IMG/VR virus record: IMGVR_UViG_3300035492_000236
Strand: one strand, 5' to 3'
Source: a virus
Lineage: Duplodnaviria; Caudoviricetes
Length of the DNA: 64,000 bases
Shown: in pieces, positions 8,868 through 18,887 of the stretch
Layout: each line of letters starts with the position of its first letter
How positions within the stretch are numbered: the first letter of the stretch is position 1
Program-made: the position numbers and the translations under genes
The notes under the pieces: generated by a model
Database searches by the model: none
Seen by the model: the letters and a program-made list of their open reading frames with translations, nothing else
Told to the model about the DNA's origin: nothing

Positions 8868-10532
8868 TTATGGCCGTTGGTGTGCCAGCATTGGTGTAAG
8901 TCCCAGTTGCAGGTCGTCGTTGGGTGTACGACGGATCCAACGGAGAATAACGGTGTCGGCCTCGTTAACTTGGAAGTCGACATGGAACGGCGCCACCCAC
9001 TCGTTGATCAGTTTGAGGTAAGACTTGCCCCCAACAATGACTTCGAAGTGGGTAGGTTCGGGCGGTGTTGCCTCGGTACGGCGATCGTACAGCGGGTATG
9101 CCTGCGTATACAGGCGCTGAAGCCATTCCGCCTTGTCCTTAGCCCCACAGGTCACGTCCAGCATCCAATGCGTGACGTTGTCGTAGTGGAACAGGGCAAA
9201 GCAATCGTCGCCCACGCCTGGTTGGTCGTGCACGTAGTGGATGATGAAGTTATCCTGCTGCGCATACCCAGGTGATAACAGCGAGATGTGGAACGACTGC
9301 GGGTGGATATGTGCGTTGTACGTCGGACTGACTTTCGACAAGTCCACGTTCACAGCCAGTCGCTGTTTCACGCCGTACAGTTTCGGGTCAAACACTGGAG
9401 AGTTAACGGCAGGGTAAACGTACGGTGTTGCGTCAAACACGTTACCTCGCTCCAGACTGTACAGGTAATAGTGCAGGCGGTAACCGCGTTCCACATCCAG
9501 CCATTGCGGCACCACGTACAGTTTCACGCTGTATGCGCCATCCACTTCCAGGGTGGTGGCCCCATAAGCCTTATTGATCACCCCATCCACAACGTCATCA
9601 CCCGCATAGGTTTCATTACGACCCATGTGATACGACAGCGTCAGCGGCATGGTCTGCCCGACATTCGAACTGATGTAGAAAGTGTCGTGCGAACCGGAGT
9701 TGCGCAGGCCGTGCAATATTGCCCGTGTACCGTCGATAGTGACCCGACGACTGCCATCGGTGTAACGCACCTCCGCATGCAGCGGGATGTCTTCCAGCGG
9801 GATGTTAGTTGGCAGTACCAGTAACCGATCATCTTCCGGTGAAATGAACGGGCTGATCAGTTTCACATCGGTGATCTGACGACTGGGGTTTTCTAACGCC
9901 ATGACCAAGTTGGTCTTCACCACATGACAGCGCCGAATCAGGGACGGTACGCCTGCGTCGGTGTACACCACCACAGTCACCAGTTCACCATCGTCGATGG
10001 GTTTGGTGCAGACGCCGGGCAGTGGCGACTTGATTGTGACATTGGTGACGTTGTTTACCGCCGCCAGTGTCAATGGGATGGTGTCACTCACCAACCGACC
10101 GTTGACGTAGTACCCGGAAATAACCACGGCATTGTCGGTTGAGATGTCTACCCCTTTAAAGATACGGATGCAATCGTTATCTGAGCCAGGCCACCGTAGC
10201 GACGCGTCGGTGTGGAGTGTCGCCGGATGTTTGGAGTCGTCGACATACACCCGGAAGGTGTCCGGAGAGAAGTACCCGCAACTGCCGGTGATCTCAGTTT
10301 CGTTTTCGGTGCTGGTGGGGGTGAAGTTTTTGAACCGGTACGAGTAGTTGGTGTAGTCAGCATCAATCACCCGCAGGAATTGACCGGTGGTGTAATCGAT
10401 GACCAAGTCGTCGTTATTGGGGAACACTTGCCCTTCGCCAGTTGGACCGGTGTACAGTTCTTCAATGCGCCACACGGTGAAGCGTCGCGCTTTGTCCACC
10501 AACGGTGTGCCGTAAGGCAGAGTACTAGCCAT
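8868..10532 (-). CDS. Virion structural protein (phiKZ gp26-like)
   Basis: 554-aa ORF in the conserved position next to terminase. Confidence 0.75.
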   Translation of the reverse strand: MASTLPYGTPLVDKARRFTVWRIEELYTGPTGEGQVFPNNDDLVIDYTTGQFLRVIDADYTNYSYRFKNFTPTSTENETEITGSCGYFSPDTFRVYVDDSKHPATLHTDASLRWPGSDNDCIRIFKGVDISTDNAVVISGYYVNGRLVSDTIPLTLAAVNNVTNVTIKSPLPGVCTKPIDDGELVTVVVYTDAGVPSLIRRCHVVKTNLVMALENPSRQITDVKLISPFISPEDDRLLVLPTNIPLEDIPLHAEVRYTDGSRRVTIDGTRAILHGLRNSGSHDTFYISSNVGQTMPLTLSYHMGRNETYAGDDVVDGVINKAYGATTLEVDGAYSVKLYVVPQWLDVERGYRLHYYLYSLERGNVFDATPYVYPAVNSPVFDPKLYGVKQRLAVNVDLSKVSPTYNAHIHPQSFHISLLSPGYAQQDNFIIHYVHDQPGVGDDCFALFHYDNVTHWMLDVTCGAKDKAEWLQRLYTQAYPLYDRRTEATPPEPTHFEVIVGGKSYLKLINEWVAPFHVDFQVNEADTVILRWIRRTPNDDLQLGLTPMLAHQRP

Positions 10533-13065
10533 GTTGGTTTACCTTTATCTTGAGCAGTTTGTTCAAAACCACTTTGTTGTTGAGGTAGCGATGATTGATG
10601 CGCTCGACGATCGAGTACTGCAACGGCGAAAGTTCCAGATAATCCATGCCGTCATACGGGTGGATATCAGTGTACTCAGGATTGAACCCGTTGAATAACG
10701 GGTCGAATTTGAGCAGCTCGTGGTAATCTGCCATGATCGCATCAAACTGCATCGTACTGATGTAGTGCGTTTCGCTGTCCTGTACCGGCACTAGCCAGCC
10801 GTTGATCATCTGCCGAATCACTGCGTTCAGGATTGGGCTGAACACACAGTGCTTTTTGGCAATGGGGTTGTGTTCGATCCCTGGCGGCGTAGGGTAGTAG
10901 TTGGACATGTACTCTGCTACCCGTTTATCGAGCTCGCGACTAACGTCACGGTATTGGTAGGTGTCTGCCGATACTAGCCCACGTAGCGGAACTGTTGGGT
11001 CGTCTACAGAGTAAGGAAGACCGTTGAGGTTGCTGTCGATACCCACCAGATGATCCTCACGGAACTGGAGGTTGTCGCGATGGAACACGCCGCCACCTAC
11101 GGTAACCCGCACCACCTTGTCGTCGCGCAAATCATACTCGGTGTTGTTACTCAGTAAGCCATTCACCACAAACCCGGTTTCTGCCTTACGGATGGTGTCA
11201 GCAAGACCACGACATCGCACGTCAATCCATGGACGGTATTGCATGTTACCATCCTCTAGGTAGGTCTTGTTGTAAACGATGATCTCAGGCCACTCAATGT
11301 GGTAATCGATGTCTTGGATCAAGGCATGTCCATTCATCCACAACTCCACCGTTTCCGGAACAAACGGCATCGGCATCGCCAGTGTGGGCGTGACCAGGTG
11401 TGTGACTGTGAATCGAATCAAACCATTGCGCAGATCAGCCTCAAACCCGTACGTGAGGAATTTGAGGTCGCTGACCACTGTAGGTAACCGGCGTGTCAGG
11501 TCCACCGACCAGCTTAAGGTACCGTCATCCAACAGCGTGTAAGCGTCAGATCCCGTTACGTCCTCGTAAACCTGGGTAGGGGTGCCGCTGGACAATTTGT
11601 TCAGATAGAACCGGTAGTTGTTCGCACGATCCAGGACAGTAGAGTCAGCACCTTCGCGAATGTCTAGCGTCTGACCGCCCTCACCTTGAATGACTTCAAC
11701 CAGAGCAGTGTCGTCATTGGCACACACGTAATAGTCAGACACGTCGGATGTGTGGTTATAGTAACCCAGTAGACGTCCTTGTACATCGTATTCATAAACG
11801 GTACAGACCTTTGCGAGCAACGGCGAAAGCTTGACTTGTAGCACCCCACCTAACAATTCTGGACGCTGTGGTGTATCGCCCGCATACCGACTGACTGCGT
11901 TATAGCCATAAGCTTCGGTCGCCAACTCGTTAGTGATGGTGGTGTACCGAGCCGCCATGATGCGGTTATAGGCCGATCGTTCTAACGTGGCCGCCTGCCA
12001 TTCTGGCACTTGTGCATTCATGCCGACCAAGGCCTCGACGATTTGCTCGTCTGACAGTTTATATAGCTCGCGAATGCGGTGAGCTTCATGCGTCAGTGGT
12101 CGTTCCAATCCACTATGACGGACCAGTACCAGGATGTCCAGATCGTCCAAGTTGTGCCAGTCGTCGAGTTGATGGATATAATCCATGACCCGCGCCACGC
12201 TGATGGCGTAGTCATTGTGCGTCACCTGCCGCAATGAGTCTGCCCGATGCTGATGGTAGATGCGGCCGGTATTGTTATTGAGAACGTACAGCTCCAGATC
12301 GTTACTGAAATGGATGTCTGTAATTTGCTTTGGCAGGTGAAGCAAGTACTTTCGCCGACCATCCAACTGGCTGTGGAACGTACGCAGTTCATTCACATTA
12401 AAATAATGCGCCGCCCTGACAGTACCGTCGCGAACTACCTCAACATAATCCCACAAGGTAATGTCGGTTTCTTTGAGGCTGTCGGTGTAATGACCGTTGA
12501 TGTAAGCGGCAGTGTGTCCACTCAACATACGCTGTTGTTGATAATACTGAACCATGGCGAACCGGTCTGCGGGATTACGAACAATATCGCCCTTCACCGT
12601 GGCGTTAAATTGCACGTCGTAGCTGTTGGTTTGTCGGTAGAAACCACCATAAACGCTGATAAACAGCTGATCATGTGAGAAGTCTGCTTGTTGCTCTACC
12701 ATCTCTACTGCGATGATGACGTTGCGGTTAGGTAATTGACGCAGCCAGGCGTAACCAAGCGGTAGCGTCCGACCCACTTCGTTGTACAGCTTAAACAGGG
12801 TTCCGGTAGCATTCACCAGGTCGCTCAGGTTACGCCACCGGTTGTCCAGTGCAATGCCGAGTGCTTCTGGATCAATGTTGCCCAGTTGAAACACATGGAA
12901 CCAAGTCAGCTTCTTCGGCAAGCGAATGCTGTACTCAGTCACCATCATGCCGAACATCTCGCCGTGAGTGGCAGATAGCCGGCGCGGTTCCACCAGATAC
13001 AACTGGTCGTTGTACGGGTGACACCAGATGTGTTCGTGGGCGTGTGCGACTAACCAGTTCTTCAT
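10525..13065 (-). CDS. Virion structural protein (phiKZ gp27-like)
   Basis: Long ORF in the conserved position; start moved to ATG 13065, which has a GGAG RBS. Confidence 0.75.
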   Translation of the reverse strand: MKNWLVAHAHEHIWCHPYNDQLYLVEPRRLSATHGEMFGMMVTEYSIRLPKKLTWFHVFQLGNIDPEALGIALDNRWRNLSDLVNATGTLFKLYNEVGRTLPLGYAWLRQLPNRNVIIAVEMVEQQADFSHDQLFISVYGGFYRQTNSYDVQFNATVKGDIVRNPADRFAMVQYYQQQRMLSGHTAAYINGHYTDSLKETDITLWDYVEVVRDGTVRAAHYFNVNELRTFHSQLDGRRKYLLHLPKQITDIHFSNDLELYVLNNNTGRIYHQHRADSLRQVTHNDYAISVARVMDYIHQLDDWHNLDDLDILVLVRHSGLERPLTHEAHRIRELYKLSDEQIVEALVGMNAQVPEWQAATLERSAYNRIMAARYTTITNELATEAYGYNAVSRYAGDTPQRPELLGGVLQVKLSPLLAKVCTVYEYDVQGRLLGYYNHTSDVSDYYVCANDDTALVEVIQGEGGQTLDIREGADSTVLDRANNYRFYLNKLSSGTPTQVYEDVTGSDAYTLLDDGTLSWSVDLTRRLPTVVSDLKFLTYGFEADLRNGLIRFTVTHLVTPTLAMPMPFVPETVELWMNGHALIQDIDYHIEWPEIIVYNKTYLEDGNMQYRPWIDVRCRGLADTIRKAETGFVVNGLLSNNTEYDLRDDKVVRVTVGGGVFHRDNLQFREDHLVGIDSNLNGLPYSVDDPTVPLRGLVSADTYQYRDVSRELDKRVAEYMSNYYPTPPGIEHNPIAKKHCVFSPILNAVIRQMINGWLVPVQDSETHYISTMQFDAIMADYHELLKFDPLFNGFNPEYTDIHPYDGMDYLELSPLQYSIVERINHRYLNNKVVLNKLLKIKVNQHG

Positions 13066-13069
13066 GTGG

Positions 13070-13963
13070 TTACTCCGTGGTGTACTTCTCAATCAGCAGT
13101 TTCAGTGCCCGGTGGAAGTTGGTGTAGTTGGAGCCCCGGTTCGCACGGTCTGTGCGATCGCCGATGGCTGTCCGCTTATAAAAGCTGTGTCGCGTCGCCA
13201 TGTATACCATGCCAGCAAAGGCGGGAGGGTATTCAAGCCCCAACGCTACCAGTTGCGGCGAGTTGACGTTGGCCCACCAGCTACCATTCAACAAGTTATA
13301 AAGAATGGTGCTGTTGAAGTCTTTCAGCCGAGGGCCGAGGTCAAGCTTACGTACCGCCTCGACGAATTCGTCGATGTCGCGCGGGAAGTGGTTCTCAACA
13401 CGCTCAGCCACTTCTTTCATGACCTGGAAGTCCACGGGTACGTGGCGAGTCAGGTTCTGGAGGTGACGATCGATGGCCAGTTCATCATCCAGGTTATTTT
13501 GATAAAGGCCAATGCAGTACATGCCACAAAGGGCAGTCAGGCGACTGGATTGATATGGCGTGAGACCATGGCGACGTCCGATGGTGTCGGACAGCCAACG
13601 AATGAAGATCTCGTTGGCAAACATCAGGGAGCTGTATACTTGGTCGGGACGGTCGGTGCGGTTCCACACCAACTCCAGTCTGGCCAGCAGTTGGTACAAC
13701 TCTTCATCGAGGCTGTTGGTGATTTTGACCGACCCGTCGCGTTGTAAAGAACTGAACGGGCGAATGTCAACGTGCACACGATCGTGCTCTTTATCGTAAA
13801 GAGGGTAAAAAAAAGGAGACACGTCAAACTGTTCAGTGATTTGCTGAATATCACGTTGCGGGTCGCCGGACATTTTAAGCTGACTTTTGGAAATTTCCAG
13901 CAAGATGTCGGACACTTTAAAGCCTTTCGTCAGCTTCGAATCGTACGCGTGGGCTAAGCTCAT
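13070..13963 (-). CDS. phiKZ gp28-like protein
   Basis: ORF divergent from the tail sheath gene, as in phiKZ-like synteny; start moved to ATG 13963. Confidence 0.7.
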   Translation of the reverse strand: MSLAHAYDSKLTKGFKVSDILLEISKSQLKMSGDPQRDIQQITEQFDVSPFFYPLYDKEHDRVHVDIRPFSSLQRDGSVKITNSLDEELYQLLARLELVWNRTDRPDQVYSSLMFANEIFIRWLSDTIGRRHGLTPYQSSRLTALCGMYCIGLYQNNLDDELAIDRHLQNLTRHVPVDFQVMKEVAERVENHFPRDIDEFVEAVRKLDLGPRLKDFNSTILYNLLNGSWWANVNSPQLVALGLEYPPAFAGMVYMATRHSFYKRTAIGDRTDRANRGSNYTNFHRALKLLIEKYTTE

Positions 13964-14038
13964 ATTAAACCTCTGGTTTAAATTAACAAATACATATGAC
14001 GATATGTCGTTTTTGAACACTATTAGGAGACTTTAGAC

Positions 14039-16078
14039 ATGTCTATAGTTAAGAACGGTACACCACAGCACGTGATGTACGGCGTGGATGATCGCTCGAT
14101 CCCCCCGCTGGTGGCAAATCGTGCCGGTACCCCGATCCACCTGCCGCTGATGTTTACCTTCAGCGCCAAAGGTGATCCGGGCGAAGCATACGTCGTTTCT
14201 GGCGATGCCATGAAAAAAATGTTCGGCGATGAGATCCTGGATCCTAAGTCCCCGTACGCGACCATCAACACCCCTTACATTGAACTGTTCAATCGTAAAG
14301 CGAACGAAATGATGATTCAGCGACTGGTGGCGGATGACGCCACCACCGCCTCGTTTCGTCTGTTTGCAGAGGTGTTGGAAACCAAAGTACCGAATTACCT
14401 CCGCAATCCGGACGGTTCCATCGAGTATGATGCGCAAGGCCAACCCAAACAATCAGGCGAAGTTGACGGTGTGTTGATCGTCTGGCGTGCTGGTGAAATC
14501 AACGAGCTGTCTGGCCTGTTCCGTGCCGGCAAAGTGTTTGATGGCACCCTGACCAATGCGTCCGGCGGCGTATCCAAGATCTACCCGATTCTGGATATGC
14601 CGGCCCCGTACGTTGGTGCCAAACCGTCCGACTTCGGTTTCTCCCTGTCCTGTCCCAACATCAAGTCGACCGTGCCGGTGAATGCTGACATCGTGTCGTC
14701 CATTGGTGCTCGGGTCATGACCATCCAGTTCTACGATCAGCGAGTCAAAGGTCAGTCTCCGTCTATCATTCGTACGCTGTCTGGTCAGACCTCCGTGAAC
14801 TTCTCGTTCAAGCCAGGTGCGTACTACGCGCCAATGCGGATGGAACTGGATGCAGACGACGTAGTCATGGCCAACTACCGGAAAATGAATCCGGATACGG
14901 GTTACACTCCGGAACTGGGTCCGGTTAAAGACTTCTACGTCTACCGTGACAACCTCGAGCTGATCGCTAACCTGGCACTCACTGCAATCGCAGATCCGGA
15001 ACTGACCGACCCGTATATGGTCGATATCTTCAGTGGTCTCGATGTCTATGGCAATCCATATAATGGTGTGGTCGTGGACGACGGTGCGAACGATGGCGAG
15101 ATCCTGAACGAGCGCCATGTCCACTACCTGATTGGTGGTAGCGATGGTACCATGAACGCCGAAACGTTCGATGCGTTAGTGCGTCGGGAAATGCTGGAGT
15201 TCGGCGAAGGTAAGGTTAACTACCTGAACATCCTGAAATACCCCTGTAACTTCTTCTGGGATACTGGCTTCAGTATCGAAACCAAAGAAGCCATCGGTAA
15301 CTTCATCGGTCGCCTGAAAACCACCAACGTGTGCTGGTCCACCCACATCCATGGTCATGGTCCCAACACCATGCAGGAAGAAGAGTCCATGAAGGTGGCC
15401 GTGGCTGCCATGGCGCGCGCCCATCCTGAGTCCGTGCGCTATGGTACTGGCACCATGCGTGGCGTGGTCGTCGGCCACAGCATGCGCCTGCACAACAACG
15501 GTTACAAGCACTATGTGCCAGCCTCGTACTCACTGGCCGCCAAGGTCGCTTCCTACGCCGGTGCCGGACAGGGTCGCTTTAAGTCCGAGTACAAGTTCTC
15601 CCGCGGCGAGCTGGCAATCATTGACGAAGGCTTCGATCTGAACCTGCGGTACAAGCCGCACGAAGTGTACAGCTCCGACTGGGAAACTGGCCTGATCAGT
15701 ATCCGGTCCTATGACCAGTACCGCTACCACTTCCCGGCCCTGTACACTGTGTACGAGAACGACCGTTCCGTGTGTAACAACTTCCTGGTGGCCCTGATCG
15801 TGGCCCACTTGAACTACCTGGCACAACAAACCTGGGCTGAGATCACCGGTGTCAGTGACATGACCGATGGTGAAGTGGTGGCCATGGTAAACCGGAAGCT
15901 GACCGAGAAGACCGAAGGTATTTACGACGGCGTTGTTACCATCGTGCCGGATGCGTACTTCACTCCGGAGGACAAGTCCAATGGATACAGTATCTCCGTG
16001 GACCTGCACTTGTATGGTGCCGTCATGAAGACCGTAATGAAAACAACTGTGGTTGCACACCGCAACCTGGAGGGCTAA
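14039..16078 (+). CDS. Tail sheath protein (phiKZ gp29-like)
   Basis: 679 aa, GGAG RBS, strongly biased codons; N-terminal sequence and synteny match the phiKZ-like sheath. Confidence 0.88.
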   Translation: MSIVKNGTPQHVMYGVDDRSIPPLVANRAGTPIHLPLMFTFSAKGDPGEAYVVSGDAMKKMFGDEILDPKSPYATINTPYIELFNRKANEMMIQRLVADDATTASFRLFAEVLETKVPNYLRNPDGSIEYDAQGQPKQSGEVDGVLIVWRAGEINELSGLFRAGKVFDGTLTNASGGVSKIYPILDMPAPYVGAKPSDFGFSLSCPNIKSTVPVNADIVSSIGARVMTIQFYDQRVKGQSPSIIRTLSGQTSVNFSFKPGAYYAPMRMELDADDVVMANYRKMNPDTGYTPELGPVKDFYVYRDNLELIANLALTAIADPELTDPYMVDIFSGLDVYGNPYNGVVVDDGANDGEILNERHVHYLIGGSDGTMNAETFDALVRREMLEFGEGKVNYLNILKYPCNFFWDTGFSIETKEAIGNFIGRLKTTNVCWSTHIHGHGPNTMQEEESMKVAVAAMARAHPESVRYGTGTMRGVVVGHSMRLHNNGYKHYVPASYSLAAKVASYAGAGQGRFKSEYKFSRGELAIIDEGFDLNLRYKPHEVYSSDWETGLISIRSYDQYRYHFPALYTVYENDRSVCNNFLVALIVAHLNYLAQQTWAEITGVSDMTDGEVVAMVNRKLTEKTEGIYDGVVTIVPDAYFTPEDKSNGYSISVDLHLYGAVMKTVMKTTVVAHRNLEG

Positions 16079-16081
16079 TCG

Positions 16082-16936
16082 ATGTCAACTTCTCTTCGTG
16101 ATCGGTTGGTGGATCCGAACTACAGCCAGTTCGCCACTGCACCGATGGTAAACGCCGTGCCGGGAGCCCAGATGGGCTCCCTCATCGACGTGGGCAAGTA
16201 CGTCCAGAACGCGCACTATGTTCGCAAGAACGTAATGGTACGTGTTGTGGAGTATCCCAAGTGGATTTCCTACATGCCCAACCCGCAGCCTTACCGGGAA
16301 GCCATCAAATCCTGGTTTGAAACCCAGACCAAGGTTGATGGTCTCAACAAGGCCCTGACCGCGGAATTCGTTCGTACTCCGATCGGTCCGTCTGGTCACC
16401 AGCAGGCCGACTTCGCCAAGACCGTGGAAGCGCAGTCCGTGATCACGCACACTGCGGTGGAAAAGTACGGCCGGTACTTCCGTACCCTGTTCGAGCACTG
16501 GCTCCGCTTTGGTATGGGTGATCACCTGAGTGGCGTGCCGCTGGTGTCGATCTTCAACCCTGAAGTGACCGATGCCCTGCCGGACCTCTACTCCTGCTCA
16601 GTGATCTACTTTGAGCCGGACCCGCTGCACCGCTATGTGCAAGACGCGTTTTTGGTGACCAATATGGCGCCGGAAAGCGCCGGTCCTGACGACTACCGTA
16701 AAGACCCCGAGTCTTCCGGCGAGTCAGTGGAGCTGCCGATTCAGTTCACCGGTCTGCAGCAGACCAGCTACGGTGTGAAACTGTGGGCGCAGGAACTGCT
16801 TGATCAGACCAACCGTGGTGGTTTCAACTCCATTGCACAGCGTTCTGTACGGTCTGCCATTGATGCAGACGTCCAGGCCACTAAGGGTGGTTGGAACGAC
16901 GGTGCGGCAGAAAAAGCGGCTTCTGTTGTCGGCTAA
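16082..16936 (+). CDS. Tail tube / major virion structural protein (phiKZ gp30-like)
   Basis: 284 aa, directly after the sheath gene; ends at a bidirectional terminator. Confidence 0.82.
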   Translation: MSTSLRDRLVDPNYSQFATAPMVNAVPGAQMGSLIDVGKYVQNAHYVRKNVMVRVVEYPKWISYMPNPQPYREAIKSWFETQTKVDGLNKALTAEFVRTPIGPSGHQQADFAKTVEAQSVITHTAVEKYGRYFRTLFEHWLRFGMGDHLSGVPLVSIFNPEVTDALPDLYSCSVIYFEPDPLHRYVQDAFLVTNMAPESAGPDDYRKDPESSGESVELPIQFTGLQQTSYGVKLWAQELLDQTNRGGFNSIAQRSVRSAIDADVQATKGGWNDGAAEKAASVVG

Positions 16937-16939
16937 GAC

Positions 16940-16986
16940 AAAAAAAAAAGAATCCAGAGACCGGCACTTGCCGGTCTCTGTTTTTT
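16940..16986. terminator. Bidirectional intrinsic terminator
   Basis: A10...CAGAGACCGGCA/TGCCGGTCTCTG-T6 between convergent genes. Confidence 0.85.
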
Positions 16987-16989
16987 GTG

Positions 16990-17220
16990 TCAATGTGTTC
17001 TGTCCGCCCGTCGAGAGATGGCGCCCATAAGCCCGTTTGATGCGACATACTGAAACGGTTCCGTGTGTTTGATCAGTCTTTCCATATCGTCATGACTGAA
17101 AGTTCTGTTTTTAGAGCGAACGCAAACTGAGGTCTGATGGTTGTCGGACCAAGACTCAGTTAGATACTCCGGTTGCTTATTCATGGCGTTTTGTCCTACC
17201 GTATAGGTTAGTAGAACCAC
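16990..17220 (-). CDS. Hypothetical protein
   Basis: Small ORF ending at the terminator; true start possibly the internal ATG (MNKQ). Confidence 0.45.
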   Translation of the reverse strand: MVLLTYTVGQNAMNKQPEYLTESWSDNHQTSVCVRSKNRTFSHDDMERLIKHTEPFQYVASNGLMGAISRRADRTH

Positions 17221-17418
17221 CCCACCGATTGCCTGGCCCGCCGGTAAGTTTTGTCAAGCAGTGCTTGAGACTCTTCCTCGTCGAGTTGGTGTATGGTAGC
17301 GATGGTTCCAGTTAGTCGTTGTTTAACCACGCCATCCATCTCAGTCTTGCCTGCTTCTAGGTCAGACATAGCTGTGAAAACGATGTCGCGGGCAATCGTT
17401 AAATCCAATTTACTCATG
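17208..17418 (-). CDS. Hypothetical protein (start about MSKLDL)
   Basis: ORF 17208..17459 with the start trimmed to lie downstream of the terminator at 17434-17460; start coordinate approximate. Confidence 0.55.
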
Positions 17419-17483
17419 GTACAAACAGTCCCAAAAAAAAGATGGGGACGAATCCCCATCGTTGTTATTGTTTTTGTTTCTTG

Positions 17484-17936
17484 TTAGTCAGCCAGGTCAT
17501 ACAGGCTGAGCAGTTGTTCTTCAACACCAGACAGTTGGTCGGACAGCTTCACTTCGTGGCGGAACGCGAAGGAAGAGCGTGCTTGTTCACGGGTCGGCTT
17601 CTGACCATCCTTGAGGTCCAGACGGGCCACACTGAAGCCGAAATCGATCAGCGGAGTGTGGAGGCGGTGTTCCATATTGGCCACGTCCTTGTTGGACTTC
17701 ATGTGGTTGATGCAGGTTTCACCGGCCACGGTCTGGTAGGCCACATCGAATTGACGGTGGTGTTCGGCAATGCTCTCCAGCAGTTCAGTGGTCACACCCT
17801 TCGGTAGAGTGTCCTTGAACACGTCGAAGCCGTCCGGCATGTCCACTGCGTTCTTTTCATTGGCCTTGGTATTGGCACGCAGGCGCTCGATCATGGCGGT
17901 GGCTTGAGCTTCAGCGGATTTGTTAGTATTAGCCAT
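17484..17936 (-). CDS. Hypothetical protein, probably highly expressed
   Basis: AAGGA RBS; codon usage like the sheath and tube genes; followed by a terminator. Confidence 0.8.
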   Translation of the reverse strand: MANTNKSAEAQATAMIERLRANTKANEKNAVDMPDGFDVFKDTLPKGVTTELLESIAEHHRQFDVAYQTVAGETCINHMKSNKDVANMEHRLHTPLIDFGFSVARLDLKDGQKPTREQARSSFAFRHEVKLSDQLSGVEEQLLSLYDLAD

Positions 17937-18047
17937 TGTACTGATTTCCTTATTGGGTTTGTTGGTTCAGATAATAGATCGTGCTGATAAGATTTTACCG
18001 GCTACGTCACTTCGATAAAATATACTTGTTTTGCTTTTGATTAAAGG

Positions 18048-18326
18048 CTACTTAATCAGGTGCAGCCGCAGGCTTGGCCGGAAGAGGTCTCCGCCAATCC
18101 CCAACACCTCTTCGACGATGTCGTCAAGTACACTGTCGTCGTAGCAGTGCATCATGTCCTGAAAGTCATCGAAGTCGTCGTTGTCTATCGATGACGATAT
18201 CTCAGACATGAGGTCCATCGCATCCTTAGTTTCTTCGAGACTGTGCGCATCAATATCGCGAATAGTCATTGCGAGCTGATGTCGCCCCTTACCTATATCA
18301 AACGTGGCCATGTTGCTCACCTTCAC
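18048..18326 (-). CDS. Hypothetical acidic protein
   Basis: ORF in a packed small-gene cluster; start may be at MATFD. Confidence 0.6.
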   Translation of the reverse strand: MKVSNMATFDIGKGRHQLAMTIRDIDAHSLEETKDAMDLMSEISSSIDNDDFDDFQDMMHCYDDSVLDDIVEEVLGIGGDLFRPSLRLHLIK

Positions 18327-18543
18327 ATGCGTCGTTAAGCTCTTCTATGATGCCTTGTGCCAGGATGCTGTCTGGTGCAGGACAATCGTAGTTATCGTTC
18401 AGCGGGTCCGCCTTCACATCGTGAATCAGCAACTTAGTGACGAAGTTGGCACCGTTTCGAACTGTCTCCAAGGGATAGGTTTTTTCACCTACGATGGATA
18501 GGGAGACTTGATGTTGGTCTGAGTGGATGTTGCAATTGTTCAT
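18298..18543 (-). CDS. Hypothetical protein
   Basis: GGAG RBS upstream; packed cluster. Confidence 0.6.
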   Translation of the reverse strand: MNNCNIHSDQHQVSLSIVGEKTYPLETVRNGANFVTKLLIHDVKADPLNDNYDCPAPDSILAQGIIEELNDACEGEQHGHV

Positions 18544-18548
18544 AACAG

Positions 18549-18776
18549 CTACTCCTTGAAGTGTATAGTGGTTTCACCCGCATTGAACGCCGTCCCCGAA
18601 TAAATGAACTTGCATGCGAATGGCGGACAGAGCGGTTCTTTGGATGTCCTCCCCAACATTACGGAACGTGAACGCGTTACTCCTTCATCCATTCTCTTGA
18701 GTGAGGTTGCCCTGCGCCCCCGCTTTACAACACTCGTCTGATGGTCATCCATAGTTACTGTGTAAATTACAGCCAT
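18549..18776 (-). CDS. Hypothetical protein (start MAVIYT)
   Basis: AAGGAG RBS before the ATG at about 18776; promoter-like motif at 18817-18844. Confidence 0.6.
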   Translation of the reverse strand: MAVIYTVTMDDHQTSVVKRGRRATSLKRMDEGVTRSRSVMLGRTSKEPLCPPFACKFIYSGTAFNAGETTIHFKE

Positions 18777-18887
18777 GAGGTACTCCTTTATTCCAATGAG
18801 TGACGAAGCCTCACCCAATAACATATACCTCTGAATTATTTTAAACACACAAGCAAGGGTCTGGGTAAGTTCGCCTACCCAGACGCG

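Noticed and set aside
14453-16060. Long antisense ORFs over sheath, tape-measure and other core genes (e.g. 14453..15124, 15530..16060, 34512..35309, 42736..43743, 22872..23624)
   Set aside because: These are shadow frames expected from biased codon usage of the real genes; no RBS or recognisable motifs.
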